The position numbers were made by a program, and so were the translations under genes. Shown piece after piece: positions 11,019 to 22,693 of a stretch of DNA of 64,000 nt. The notes beneath the pieces are model-generated. The model saw only the letters and a program-made list of their open reading frames with translations. It had not been told where the DNA came from and made no database searches. The DNA is from Epithemia pelagica. Taxonomy: Eukaryota; Protista; Bacillariophyta. Location: assembly GCA_946965045.2 (NCBI GenBank), contig OX337229.1, positions 1,612,001 through 1,676,000 on the forward strand, in the 5' to 3' direction. How positions within the stretch are numbered: position 1 is the first letter of the stretch; the number at the start of each line of letters is the position of its first letter.

Positions 11019-11933
11019 TTAGAACAAACGGCGTTTTCCAGAAACGTGATCGATGCTACTTTGCACAGCCTGGCAAGCCAGAACCATGCGTTCGTAGTCG
11101 TTGGTACAGCAGAGCATGGCGGGTCGAATTTCGATGCACACACCTAGGGCGGGGAGTGGGTTAATGGCCGCCGCCACCCAAAACGCCCGATCGGTGCGAT
11201 CGGATGGCATGGGGCCCAAGGATTCCAGCCGCGACGACAGGCCCGTTTCGTCTGTCGCTCCCGATTCCGACACAAACTGCGACCATTCCTTCATGGCCGT
11301 GGGAAGCGTGTCGTAGAGTTGTTGCGTCCTTGCCTCGTGTTCGGCCGAAAGTGGTGGCTCGGTATGGTCATCCATGACTTCGACATCGGCCAAGTAAAAG
11401 GATCCAGACTCGTCCAACCACGGTTGTGATTGCACCTCAATACGTTGTTCGGCCGCCACGGTCAAAACGACAGTCTTTTGCCTGGGACGAATCTGAACGT
11501 GTTGGCCACTGACAGAAAAGGTCACACCCCGACTGAGTGGACTGCCAGTGGTTGGATTGGTTCCTACCATGGCGGCATCACAGCCATTTTCCAAACAGTA
11601 TTGAATGAGCTTGACCAAACTTGGATCTGCAGATTCAAAGGTGAGCTCTTGTCGTGGAACCATGGAATCCAAGACCAAAATGGGCATGGTCTTTTGACGT
11701 GTCTTGAGGGCCTGAAATCGTTGCATATCAGAGGCAGAGAGATTTAGCGGGGTCGCATTCTCTGCGGCATCGTCCGTATGAACCGAGTTCAGAGCATGGT
11801 ATCTTGGTCGATTCGTCGAGATGGCGGGGCTCTTGTTCCATGGAGTTGTCAAGGAAAAACTGGATCCATTCTCCAATCCCAGAGCTAGAAGAAAAACACC
11901 AAATGAAAAGAGCGAGATGTGGTGAACCATCAT
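11019..11933 (-). CDS. LON-protease N-terminal (substrate-binding) domain protein, probably plastid-targeted
   Basis: MPILVLDSMVPRQELTF...AAMVG...RGV and FWVAAAINPLPALGVCIEIRPAML...ER motifs; signal peptide ending GSS|FSL. First ATG in frame is 11933. Confidence 0.75.
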   Translation of the reverse strand: MMVHHISLFSFGVFLLALGLENGSSFSLTTPWNKSPAISTNRPRYHALNSVHTDDAAENATPLNLSASDMQRFQALKTRQKTMPILVLDSMVPRQELTFESADPSLVKLIQYCLENGCDAAMVGTNPTTGSPLSRGVTFSVSGQHVQIRPRQKTVVLTVAAEQRIEVQSQPWLDESGSFYLADVEVMDDHTEPPLSAEHEARTQQLYDTLPTAMKEWSQFVSESGATDETGLSSRLESLGPMPSDRTDRAFWVAAAINPLPALGVCIEIRPAMLCCTNDYERMVLACQAVQSSIDHVSGKRRLF

Positions 11934-12396
11934 GTAACAAAAAGTGATCAACAAGTGCAGGTGGAACAAGTTCCCTTGATGCCAGTTCTTTTTTGTGTGC
12001 TTGTTTGTGTGATCTTTGTCAAGATCGACGACGACGACAATGGCACGACGTTTTGTGAGAAATGGAAAAATGACAAAGACTTTCTTCGTCAGAATGCAAT
12101 CGGTGCGAACTCGGTGTCAGCGCCCCCAGCCCCAGTGGTTGTTGGGTGACGTCGTTCCGATTCGATGTCGTGGTCGTGTCGATATGATGTCTGGACTGCT
12201 TCTCCACATCTGCGTTTCCGCGTGGGGGGGGGACACCGACCACCGACCCCACCAGCATCAGCATCCACAGTAGAGTTCGAGCTTTCCATTTTCCCAGTCA
12301 TTGCCCCAACAACAAGGCGACGACGACCGAAGACGAAAACAAAAAAGAGAATTGAGAAGGTGGCAAGAAGAAGAGACCGATACAAGTGCAATCATC

Positions 12397-13860
12397 ATGT
12401 CTGGAGGTCGAGATAGTTCGGATGATTTTTTCAACAGCTTTGATAGCAGCTCTCCGCCGGCGAAAACCAGTCAAGCACTTCGTCCTCCTCCTCCTCGCGT
12501 GAGTGGAGGTGCAACAACCATGCCAAAAACAACCAAACCAGCGGCAGGAACACCTCCACCACCACCGCCTCCACCACGACGAGGAGGGGGAACGACGGGT
12601 CCTACGGCTGATAGTAGTCGACGAGGTCCCTCCTCCGGTACAGCCGCTGGAAGGGCACGACCGACACCACCACCATCACATTCGCACGTTTCATCGGCGT
12701 CCAAGACCACCACGCCAGCCTCTTCGTCTTCCGCGTCCTATTACGGATCCGCTCCGTCCGGTCAAGCGCCATCATCGTCACGCATGGCCCCCAACCCTCG
12801 TCCAGCTTCTTCGTATTATGGTGGTGGACCACAGCAACAACAACAACCTGCTGCAACCTCTTCGTACATGGCACAAAACCCGGTAGGACAACAACCACAA
12901 TCCAATCCGTCGTACCGTTCTACGGCCACACCCACTGTATTCAATCCAGCCTCGACGACCGGAAATTCTTCCTATCCGGAACCGTCGAATTACAATGGGA
13001 CCACCAGCACCTCAGACACAGATCCGATGGACTCTTCGGGCGACTGGTTCAAACCAGACACGGACCAGCAAGGAATTGGCCCTACCACAACTCCACAACA
13101 ACAACAACAGCCACATCTACAACAACAACAGGCTCCTACCTCCAATCCGTTTGCACAAAGTGCGCTCTTTCGATCGTCCTCGTCCTTGGAAGGAAATATG
13201 GATGGGGCGGTGGCGAGTGCACCCTCAGCTCCCACCATGTTTGTCCCCACGGCCAGCGCCAGTGCTCCCAACTCGGGGAGCGTTGCCTACAATCCCGCAG
13301 AATTCGAAAATGAGCCACCCCTATTGGAAGAATTGGGCATTAACATTGAACATATTTTACTCAAAGTAAAGGCCGTTGTGATACCCTTCAAACGATTTTC
13401 GGGTCAACATTCGGCCCTCTTGGATCCTGCCATGATTGTCGAAGATGCCGATTTGGCCGGTCCTACCGCATTTGCTCTACTGTTGGGTGGTGAATTGTTG
13501 CTGACGGGCAAGATTCATTTTGGTTATATTTACGGCTTTGGTGTCTTTGGTTGTTTGTCCATGACATTGATTATTAATCTCATGAGTCCTTCGCAAGCAG
13601 TATCGGTATGGACGGTCACGAGTATTTTGGGCTATGCGCTCATTCCTGTCAATGTATTGGCCGCCGTCAAGATTATTTTGGTCAACATTGCCAACTTGGC
13701 AACGCTGGGACAGATTTTGGCCTTGCTCACAATCCTGTGGAGTACCACGGCCAGCACGCGCCTACTCGAAGTGGGATGTGGGATGAGAGATCAACGTTAT
13801 CTCTTGGCCTATCCGATTGCCCTTGTATACAGTGCCTTTGTTCTGATAACAATCTTTTAG
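12397..13860 (+). CDS. YIP1: Yip1/YIPF5-family Golgi membrane protein with long low-complexity N-terminus
   Basis: FENEPPLLEELGIN, DADLAGP, KIHFGYIYG, SILGYALIP, QRYLLAYPIALVYSAF. Confidence 0.92.
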   Translation: MSGGRDSSDDFFNSFDSSSPPAKTSQALRPPPPRVSGGATTMPKTTKPAAGTPPPPPPPPRRGGGTTGPTADSSRRGPSSGTAAGRARPTPPPSHSHVSSASKTTTPASSSSASYYGSAPSGQAPSSSRMAPNPRPASSYYGGGPQQQQQPAATSSYMAQNPVGQQPQSNPSYRSTATPTVFNPASTTGNSSYPEPSNYNGTTSTSDTDPMDSSGDWFKPDTDQQGIGPTTTPQQQQQPHLQQQQAPTSNPFAQSALFRSSSSLEGNMDGAVASAPSAPTMFVPTASASAPNSGSVAYNPAEFENEPPLLEELGINIEHILLKVKAVVIPFKRFSGQHSALLDPAMIVEDADLAGPTAFALLLGGELLLTGKIHFGYIYGFGVFGCLSMTLIINLMSPSQAVSVWTVTSILGYALIPVNVLAAVKIILVNIANLATLGQILALLTILWSTTASTRLLEVGCGMRDQRYLLAYPIALVYSAFVLITIF

Positions 13861-14241
13861 AAAACTACACATGATATAGGAGCAATGGAAAGGGATTATC
13901 TCAAGCGCTCCTTCTGAACCCGAAATCCGAATGCGTAGCTTCTAGAGAGGGCTCGGGAAAATGATGGATAGAGCACGATGATTTCGACGAGGAAAGCAAC
14001 ACTATCACGGCTGAGTTCTGTGCAAAAGCCAACCGGAAATGGCATCTCCAGTGCTAAATAATAGTGGGAATGAAGTCATGCGTAAACTCATTACAATTAA
14101 AAATTAAAAGACTCGTGCTGTGAAAGAGATGAACAAGAAACCAAAGTGTTTCGGCAAGTAAGTTAGACAGAAAAGCAATGACGGTTGACTAGGAACTGTC
14201 AGAAGGTCATGGTCGACGACTGAAAAATCGCACGATCCACA

Positions 14242-15243
14242 TTAGTTGATGAGGTCCGAGTAGGACTCGCGGATTTCCTGGATTTCCTGTTGGTTGAGTT
14301 GGCGCTGGTTGCCACTGCCGCGAGATATACTCAGGCGCTTTGGCAACGAAAACATAGTCTTTCGACCAAGGCCCTGCGGTTCCGTCTCCTCGATGACCTG
14401 GTCCTTGCCAGTGCTTGCATCGGCCGAGCTTTCATCCAGAGTTGATTCCGTTGTATCCCTCGCGTTAGTCGAAGGGTCTTTGGAAGAGGAGCGTCTAAAA
14501 AATTTGCGAGCGTTCAATCTGGGAGATTCGCAAGTTGACACCTCCTTGGCCACAGCCGAAGAATCCGACTTGAGGCTGGTCGTGCTTGACGTTCGACGTC
14601 GGTTACGAAAGGACGAAAGCTTCATATTAGGCAAAAGTTTCTTGTCTTTGTTTGATCTGGGTGAGTCTGGAACTCCTGGCTCGCTACCTGGAACGGAAAG
14701 GGCCGCGTCGGACAATTGGCTTGTGGTGCTCGAAGTTCGGCGACGGCTGCGGAAGGATGATCGCGCCGTCGCATGCGAAGCAAGCTCAGTCAAACCAAGC
14801 TGGAGAGCCATAACCTCCAATTCCTCCTTTTCGACCGATGAGATGGACCTGGCATCAGGAAGGGTTTTGAAGAGAAGGAAGTTTAGAACAATCTCAAAAA
14901 GACCGGCCGATGTCCCCAATGTTTGCATGGATCCATCAGGTGAGTTTTCCCACGGAAGATTCTTGAGTTTTGAAAAGACATCATGGTCAACAGAGAAATG
15001 AGTTCCGGAAACCACAACATGAACTGTATTATTCTTATCTTCGACAGCGACACCAGATTTGGAGATTTCTGGGACCGCAAGATTTTCTTCGTCAAAGGAA
15101 TTGACACTTCCATACTCATCCGTGAAGGTCGGAGAAACAGCGCACAGAGGAGGACGGTTGTTCGCTGACTCTTCCCATGAATCAAAGGAAATCAAATCGG
15201 GAGGAGCGGTTGCTTGGAATTGGTTCATTGCTTGGGTGGACAT
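14242..15243 (-). CDS. BTB/POZ-like domain protein with Ser/Arg-rich tail
   Basis: VHVVVSGTHFSVD...LFEIVLNFLLFKTLP...ELEVMALQLGLTEL pattern typical of KCTD-type BTB domains. Confidence 0.6.
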   Translation of the reverse strand: MSTQAMNQFQATAPPDLISFDSWEESANNRPPLCAVSPTFTDEYGSVNSFDEENLAVPEISKSGVAVEDKNNTVHVVVSGTHFSVDHDVFSKLKNLPWENSPDGSMQTLGTSAGLFEIVLNFLLFKTLPDARSISSVEKEELEVMALQLGLTELASHATARSSFRSRRRTSSTTSQLSDAALSVPGSEPGVPDSPRSNKDKKLLPNMKLSSFRNRRRTSSTTSLKSDSSAVAKEVSTCESPRLNARKFFRRSSSKDPSTNARDTTESTLDESSADASTGKDQVIEETEPQGLGRKTMFSLPKRLSISRGSGNQRQLNQQEIQEIRESYSDLIN

Positions 15244-16780
15244 GGTGACTCAAAGCGTAATGAGAAATGAATGTGGGTGCAATCAGAGTTGTGTGGCTGA
15301 AATAGATACTCTTGTCCCCAAGAAAAACACGAATTTCGCCTTCAAACCTCCCTAAAAATGTGAGGAGGTCCTATGATGTGGTGTCGAATCGCCGATCCAT
15401 TCCGGCCAACGAACCGTTCCCCCTAATTACGTGAAACGACGCGAGTCACGCTAATTCGGTAGAGAAGGCGTTAACACTCTTGCTGAGACAATGACCCCCA
15501 AAATTTATACTCTCACACCTATACTGCGAGGATGCGACCAATGAACTTTCAAGTCATAAACATGAACTTGCTCGCGCGAAATGTTTCGGTTGAACGTTGC
15601 ATGGTGCGCGCTCTGAACAGACAAATCTTTCTGGGGAATGACGTATGTCAAGTGTCTGGGATTGAATTCATGGGACTAAATCGCTAGATGGATCGTGTCG
15701 AACGATATGTCAATCTTGGTCATCTTGATCCGTGGCAAATCCAGAGAGATACGATGATATCCTTCCACTGTCTTAGGTGCACTTCTCTTGTCGATATGCG
15801 AGGAGAACTGCGGTTGCCAACTGATGATCTCGACAGAAAGAAGACAGCGTTGCAACTGTTGAAAGAAGACGAACCCGAAATATTTCGGTTTACGGTTGAC
15901 AGAAATCTTTCGTAAGACTGCGTCCCTGGATGGTCTGCCAGAAAGTGTCAATGGAATGGAGACGTGCGAAAAGTAATGACACACGCTCTCCGCAGAAATG
16001 GAAGGTGATTTGGAATGGAAGTTAGATGCAAATAGTCATGTTCATTGGAAGCTCCCCCGACGCAATACAAACGGGATAGTGCTGAGCCACTACCACGGGA
16101 CTGCTCAAGTTCCTGGACCATAGCGAAGGAAAGACAGAACCCGTGGCAGAATGACAAATTCGTGGTCTAAAAGTATCGTCACATGGAACGAAGAGATCAT
16201 ATTTCCTACACTTGATTGAAGCACGAATTTGGAAGCCTTGTGGGATGGACTGCTTGTTGTACATGTCATGCAAAGGAGGGCTCATGTTTCTCGAGCTTCA
16301 CGACTAAGCATAAGAGCCAAACAGAAGATCTGATGGACTTCCTGAGAATCGTGATAGCTGAGTGAAGTACCAAGCTGTGGTCCACATTGCAGAACGAAAA
16401 ATGGAATATCTTTCGCTTTCCCACATAGGAGCACTTCATCATTTCTTGGGAACGCGTAGTTCATCCTTAGGTACAAGCATATTCTTCGATTTGGACTCAG
16501 TAGCTTTACATGGCAACTGATATTTTATCATTCAAAGTCGATGGCCAAGTTACGAAAGTCTTTTTCACAAGCATGAAACAAAGTTGATCGGCAAATAGGA
16601 ATCGATAAGGGGAGGCTCTACTCTAGGCTCTGGAGAGCTACTCCGCTCTAGCTAGAGTAGCTTAGGAGAGGTTTGTGAGTGAGCTACCAATTCGTATTAA
16701 TGCGACTGAAACCATTTGTAACCAACAACGAAAGGATACATTGGATACCAACTACCAACGTAATATATGAGTCCTCCACC

Positions 16781-19131
16781 ATGAAATCGGAAGCAAGTAC
16801 GGACAAAAGACCACGAAATGATACTGGTCCTGGTGGTGCTATAGAGAATGGTGAGGAGGAAGATCTCGTCCGGTCAGAGAAGCGCATCAAACAGACACCG
16901 GATGACGAACTGCCACAGGAACCCACCAACTCTGACGACATTAGCAAGAAGAAGCTTTCCTGGAGTGATGAAAACGTTCCAAACACAGCTCACTATCACA
17001 TATCCTGGATGCATGCAGATTGCGTGAGCCATGTCGTTCACAATGCCAAGCATGGATATGTGGTGTCAGGAAGGTCAGTCATCACACGATCTGCGTTCAA
17101 AACCTTTCTCTGCCACTGCTGTATACATGTTTCTCACTTTGTGTTTTCAACAGTAAGGATGGAGTTGTAAAATTCTGGAAACGATTGACAATCTCGAAAG
17201 AAACTAGAATACCTCTGCCGACATCTCAGCAGCAACAATCTGCATCCAAAGAAAGTCATCAACCTTGTCTGGAGTTTGTCAAATCCTTCACTGCGCATGA
17301 CAGATTGGAGGACCTTGCGATGGAAGAGGATTGGTGTGCCTCTCTGGGACTTGATGAGATTCAAATTTACGATGTGCGGCTTTTCGATTCCCTTTCTCTC
17401 GTCAACTCAAAGCCCGTCCCAAACGTGACATTTTCTCGAGCTTCGTGGTTCAGCTTTGGGCCGGAGAATGCCAAGGCCCTTGCCGTTGCAGTTCGTGAGA
17501 CGGGTGCAATTTACCTGTATTCGACAATATCCCACTCGTGGATGAAACAGGTAGTCACTGTTCATGGAAAAAATCCAGTGACAGCCATGACCTATGACCA
17601 TATACACCAATGTATGATCACTGCTGATCGAGCCGGAATCCTGGAACTATGGGATTGCCATGGTGAAGCAATCAAGAAAATGCCCAACACCAAAGACAAA
17701 ACTCAGGAAGAAGGTTTCGATGAACCGACGACAACTGCAGGGGATGACATAGAATGGAAAGTTGGCGGTCAGCTTACAGAAAAGAAACACGCGATTTCGT
17801 ATTCATCAAAATTGGACACGGATCTTTATTTATTGCACAAAAAGAAAACGTTTGCTATTGATATCGCCTTCACAGGCACAAAGCGATCTTCCCAGATTGC
17901 ACTGTACTGTAAAGATGATCGGATTCGGATATTCGACTTTGCTAGTGGCAAAGTAGTGGTGAGCTATGACGAACGTCTTAAGACATACGACAAAATCCAC
18001 CACAAACCACCATTTCAGTTAGACAGTATGGAGTATGGGACACGAGCTGCCAAGGAGCGGCAAATGCAGAAAGATCATGAAAACAGGAATTCACACAATG
18101 GGCCATCCATCTTGTCGTTTGATCCTTCTGGGAAATACCTTATTGTCTCTACCATCATGGGCATCAAAGTCATTGACTGGCATCCCAAACGGCACAAACT
18201 AGTTTGTATGGTGGGGTCGAACGACGCCAGTCAACTGAGATTCACCAAAATTTGTCTGTGTCCGGGTCCGCCGCAAATTGATACTCAAATGGAGTTAGCG
18301 CGTCGGCAGCAAAATGCCAAGTCAACAGGGTCATTTTCATCGGACCAGGACAAAGATTCAGACCAAGCCATCAAAACTGATGCATTACTCATTGCGTTGG
18401 CTCACGACCAAAGACGCTTGTATGTTTTTAGCCAGTACGACGTTGTTGATGATACCGATGCCCCTAGTGACATCTTAACGAGACGTGATATTTGGAACGA
18501 AGCACCAAGTGCAAAGGACCACATTGCCGCGGCAGCATCTTCAACGTTGGGAGGGGATGGCGACAGCGTTCAACGATATCTCAAATCGGCTGTAACTGTC
18601 AAAGCAATTTTGCGCACAACCATGGGGGACATTCATCTTCAACTTTTTGCAAAGCAAACACCCAAAACGGTTGAGAATTTTGTGGGTCACGCACGCTCAC
18701 ACTACTACGACAATGTCATTTTCCATCGTGTTTTAAAGAACTTTATGGTTCAAACAGGAGATCCACTGGGGGATGGAACAGGTGGGGAATCAATCTGGGG
18801 TGGAGACTTCAACGATGAATTCGTTCCTGGTCTCCGGCATGATAGACCTTTCGTTTTATCCATGGCCAATGCTGGTCCCAACACCAATGGTTCACAGGTG
18901 AGAGTTGTTTCGGATTAATGTTCTTGCCTCAATTTGGTGTAGCTAACCATTCTTTTTTCGCCATAGTTTTTCATTACGACTGTTCCTTGTCCATGGTTGG
19001 ATCAAAAACATACAGTCTTTGGAAGAGTTATTCGTGGAATGGACGTTTGTACTTTGATTGAAAACGTGAAGACCAATGAACGAGACAAGCCTTTGGAGGA
19101 CATCAAGATTGTAAGTATTGATGTTGAGTAA
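16781..19131 (+). CDS. PPWD1: WD40 plus cyclophilin peptidyl-prolyl isomerase (PPWD1/CYP71), 3 exons (16781-17073, 17154-18897, 18967-19131)
   Basis: SWMHAD...DGVVKFWKR, cyclophilin [40 protein letters not shown]|[13 protein letters not shown]; two GT-AG introns. Confidence 0.95.
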
Positions 19132-19145
19132 ACAGTATTGACGCT

Positions 19146-22100
19146 CTATCCTGCCATCTGCCCAATCTGGGGTATCCAAAGATAGGTATCAAGGACGTCA
19201 CCACCACGATGCGAAACACGAGTTTGGTCAATGGATGCAGCCAACAAATCTCCGTTCATCGTGAGTTGAATGGCATCTGCGAGTCCAGTCCTTTGCTGTT
19301 GAGAAGAAATGTTTCTGCCGTTTGCATGAATGACATCACTGATATAGGAGAATTTCAGAGAAGTTGCTGTAGAGAACTTTCCGTTTGAAGTGACCATCGC
19401 GCAGATCGCTTGGCTTTTGGGGGGAATATCAAAGGTTTCTCCGTGTCTGCCAAATCCAACAAGGAGTCCGTTCGGAACATCAAGGCTTAACCTCAACGAC
19501 AGGTACTTGTCACATTCTCCATTGATACCTAGAAAGTACACGCATCCGTGACCATGGGCGCAAACCAACAGTCCTCGCGACGCCACTGGATACAAAAGTT
19601 TGTGATCGGCTTTCAGAAGTTCCCGATGAAGAGCAGCGAGTGCGTTGGGCCGGACGTCAACCAGGGGGTCACACATAGGTTCAACAGAGACTGTCGATGC
19701 ACTGTAGGTGCAGACCCGAAAAGTAGCTGGTTCTACCCCCGCTTTACCACTTTGTGTACAGGAAAAGGGGACACAATAGTACTCGTGGTCGGGATCAAGA
19801 AAGACTTCACATGTGCTGATCCGTTTGACACCCACGATCGTACTAGCTTCACAGTCCCAAGTTTGATTCGGCTTCGTGGAACTTAGCTTTCGACGTATAA
19901 TGATGAAACTGGGGTCCACGTACCAGAACGTATTGCCAGTGTTGGATCTTTTCTTAGGTAGGCAAATGGATATGAAAGCACAAGTTCTCTGCGATGGTAT
20001 AATACGAAACACCGAGGAAGAAGTTTGAAGAGGGTCTCTCCGTCCAACAAAGCATCCATCAGTCGACGTGTGAACCCAACCTTCCCTGGTCTTACCCACG
20101 TCCATATGGTGAAACCGCGTCAACATATCCTCATATGACATGAAGAAAGTACCATCTCCTTTGGAGTATGAACTGCTTCCTAGAATTTTTCGCAGAGCAC
20201 CGGTCCAGTTTTCGCTTGTCGCACTCCAAGCACCCTTCCATTCTCTTTTCCCCCATGGGTTTCGTATTCTCACCAAACGTACTGTTGTTCGGGAAACCGA
20301 TACAGCATGCATGCTGTCCTTGTCTGTCTTCTGCTTCTTTTTGATGGGACTGTGCAGGAATTGTGTCATTTTCAATTGTTCGCCAACAATCTGGTCTGGA
20401 ACTTCCACAACATCCAATACACTATACGCATGCCCTCCGACCAAACCATCACCGCCTTTGGATGTGGCCACACCCATGAGAAAGCCAGCTTCATGAAATG
20501 ACAATAAGCGGGCCCACAATTCCTCATAGTCCAACAAGTTTCCAGCAAAGACAATCGTCTCAAAAGGTGCACCCGTCAAGTCATACAATCCTTCGGAGAT
20601 GAAGCCTCCCGAAAGCTGTGCGTACGACCCGTGAGCCTTTGCATAAGCCTTTTCCACCATGGATGGCCAAAGTTGCAAGCCAGGAGTGGCGCAAAAGGCT
20701 GGGAAGGCAAATAAATCCTGTCGACAAATGTCATAGGGCACTCCATCTCTACCGCCCAGTTTTGTCCTTGTAATGTTATCACTCTGACTATAAGTTGCAA
20801 ACAATAGGCTGTTTTGCTGTGTTTGTCCCCTGGCATCTTTAACGACCACGGGCAGATTGGAATCGACAATAATTGGTGTCCACTTTCCATCCAAACACAA
20901 GTTGACTTGATAGCACCCTCTTTGATTCAATTTGTCGTGAGGCAAGAGTTGGCGAATGAGATAGGGTTTTTCCGCCACCACAGCCAATGCTGACAAGAAC
21001 CAACAATTTCCCACAGCACCTTGCTGTACTTGCGATGGACCAATGCCCGATTTTTCATTGTACAAACAACATCCATTTTCGAGCCCAAAGTGCTGCCAGG
21101 CAAACAAGGAATAGCGACCCGTCATTGAACCGTAGCCACCACCACCATCCGTGGCCTGGGCTCCAATGGATCCATCGGGATCCCAACGAAAAAAGTTGCA
21201 TTTGGAAGGCGGACCTGACTTGTTGTTGTTGGTCGCCGGTTTCTCCTTTGATTTTTGTTTGGAGTTACGATATGGATTGTGCACCGGGACGGTTGTTCGT
21301 GCCTGCATTTTGTTGGAGTTGACCTGTTGTGGATCGCGTGGTTGTTCCTTGGGTGGTGGTTGTCGTCGCCTCTTGCGGGAAGGTGGTTGTCCACAGCAAA
21401 GATAAAAGCGACCATAATTGGGACCATCCGACTATCCACAAAAAACAGAGAATCAAACACAAAACGAAAAGAACACCAAGGATGCACAGAACACAAGAAC
21501 CATGCGTCAGAAACGAACGTTGACCAAGGCTTGGGGGAGGGCGATCCAAAGTTGATCCGAGTGTTTGTTTACCTGGACTTGTCGTGCGGCAGCGACGAGT
21601 CCGCAATGACAGTAGTAGTGACTGCGATCGTCAGTTGATTGGTTCGAATGACGACTGTTTGGGTCGATTCGTTTACGTCCATCCAAGGATTGGGTCATGG
21701 GTGGAAAGTCGGGGTCGACAAAATAGTGTCCCCCGTCGTCGCTCCAATGACCGTCTGGACCATGGTTGTTCTTGTAGCACAGATGCCATTGGCTCGATAA
21801 GCCAAGGAAAGGCGTCATTGTCGCGGAGGAAGAAGAAGAAGATTCGGACGTTGTTGAAACAAGGCGGGAGACTGAATTCTGAGCAACACTTGTATTGGTC
21901 CTTTCGTGCAACGGCGTTGCTTCTTTGCAAGATTCAAGGAGATCCACAACCACTGTTTTGTTTGGTCTGCTCTTGACAGACGCTTCCGAGTCTCTCACAG
22001 AAATGTCTCTCGTAGACATTGCCAAGGTTAGATTAGGGTCATGTGTCTGTAGATTTGTTTGTTTTTCTTCGAGATAGGATGCAATGGCTCGTTCGAGATC

Positions 22101-22448
22101 AAAATCATGAGAACGAAGATAAAACCATGCCAAACTCTCATGGCAATCATTGGAAACTTCTCGAAATGTTTGAACAAGACAATGGTGGTGCTCGTTGTGG
22201 CAACCTGTTCCCTTGGTCGGTGGCGGTCCAGTGGTTCCAATGGCATTCTTAGGACGCTCCATGGTTACAGGTGGTGTTGGCCCTCCTTCCGAGCGTTTGT
22301 CATTCTCCTCGTCACTGTCGTCAATCACGATCGCATCATCCACATTGGTCCCATCACCACCACCACATGGATTGCTTGCCACTCCAATCGGACCCAGGGG
22401 ACTCATATTCGAAGAGGTCTTTGGGCTTTGGAGGACCTCCTCTTTCAT
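19146..22448 (-). CDS. Calpain-like cysteine protease with UBA-like and zf-GRF domains, 2 exons (22448-21573, 21431-19146)
   Basis: Catalytic QQGAVGNCW / GHAYS / RNPWG; CHCG...Q|SDGPNYGRFYLCCG...CNFFRW zf-GRF spliced across intron 21432-21572; AWFYLRSHDFDLERAIASY UBA-like. Confidence 0.9.
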
Positions 22449-22693
22449 GACGCGAAAGGGACAAAACGAAAAACGAAGACTGCTGCCACTGGCGTCACGC
22501 AGGGGAGGGGCTCGCCCAGCGCGATCCCCACCCAACCAACGGAAAAACCCAAACTTTTTAGAATATTTAAATTTAAAACTTTAAAGAATGGATCTCCCCC
22601 AACCACGAAACGTCACACACCCATCCGCCAATATATCTTTCTGTCGGATCGGACGGATAGAACTGACTTGACTGCACCGCAAACAGCAGAACA

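Noticed and set aside
15688-16476. Small ORFs in the BTB-PPWD1 intergenic region (one with a weak NDEVLLCGK motif)
   Set aside because: Short, mutually overlapping, no convincing domain or splice structure.
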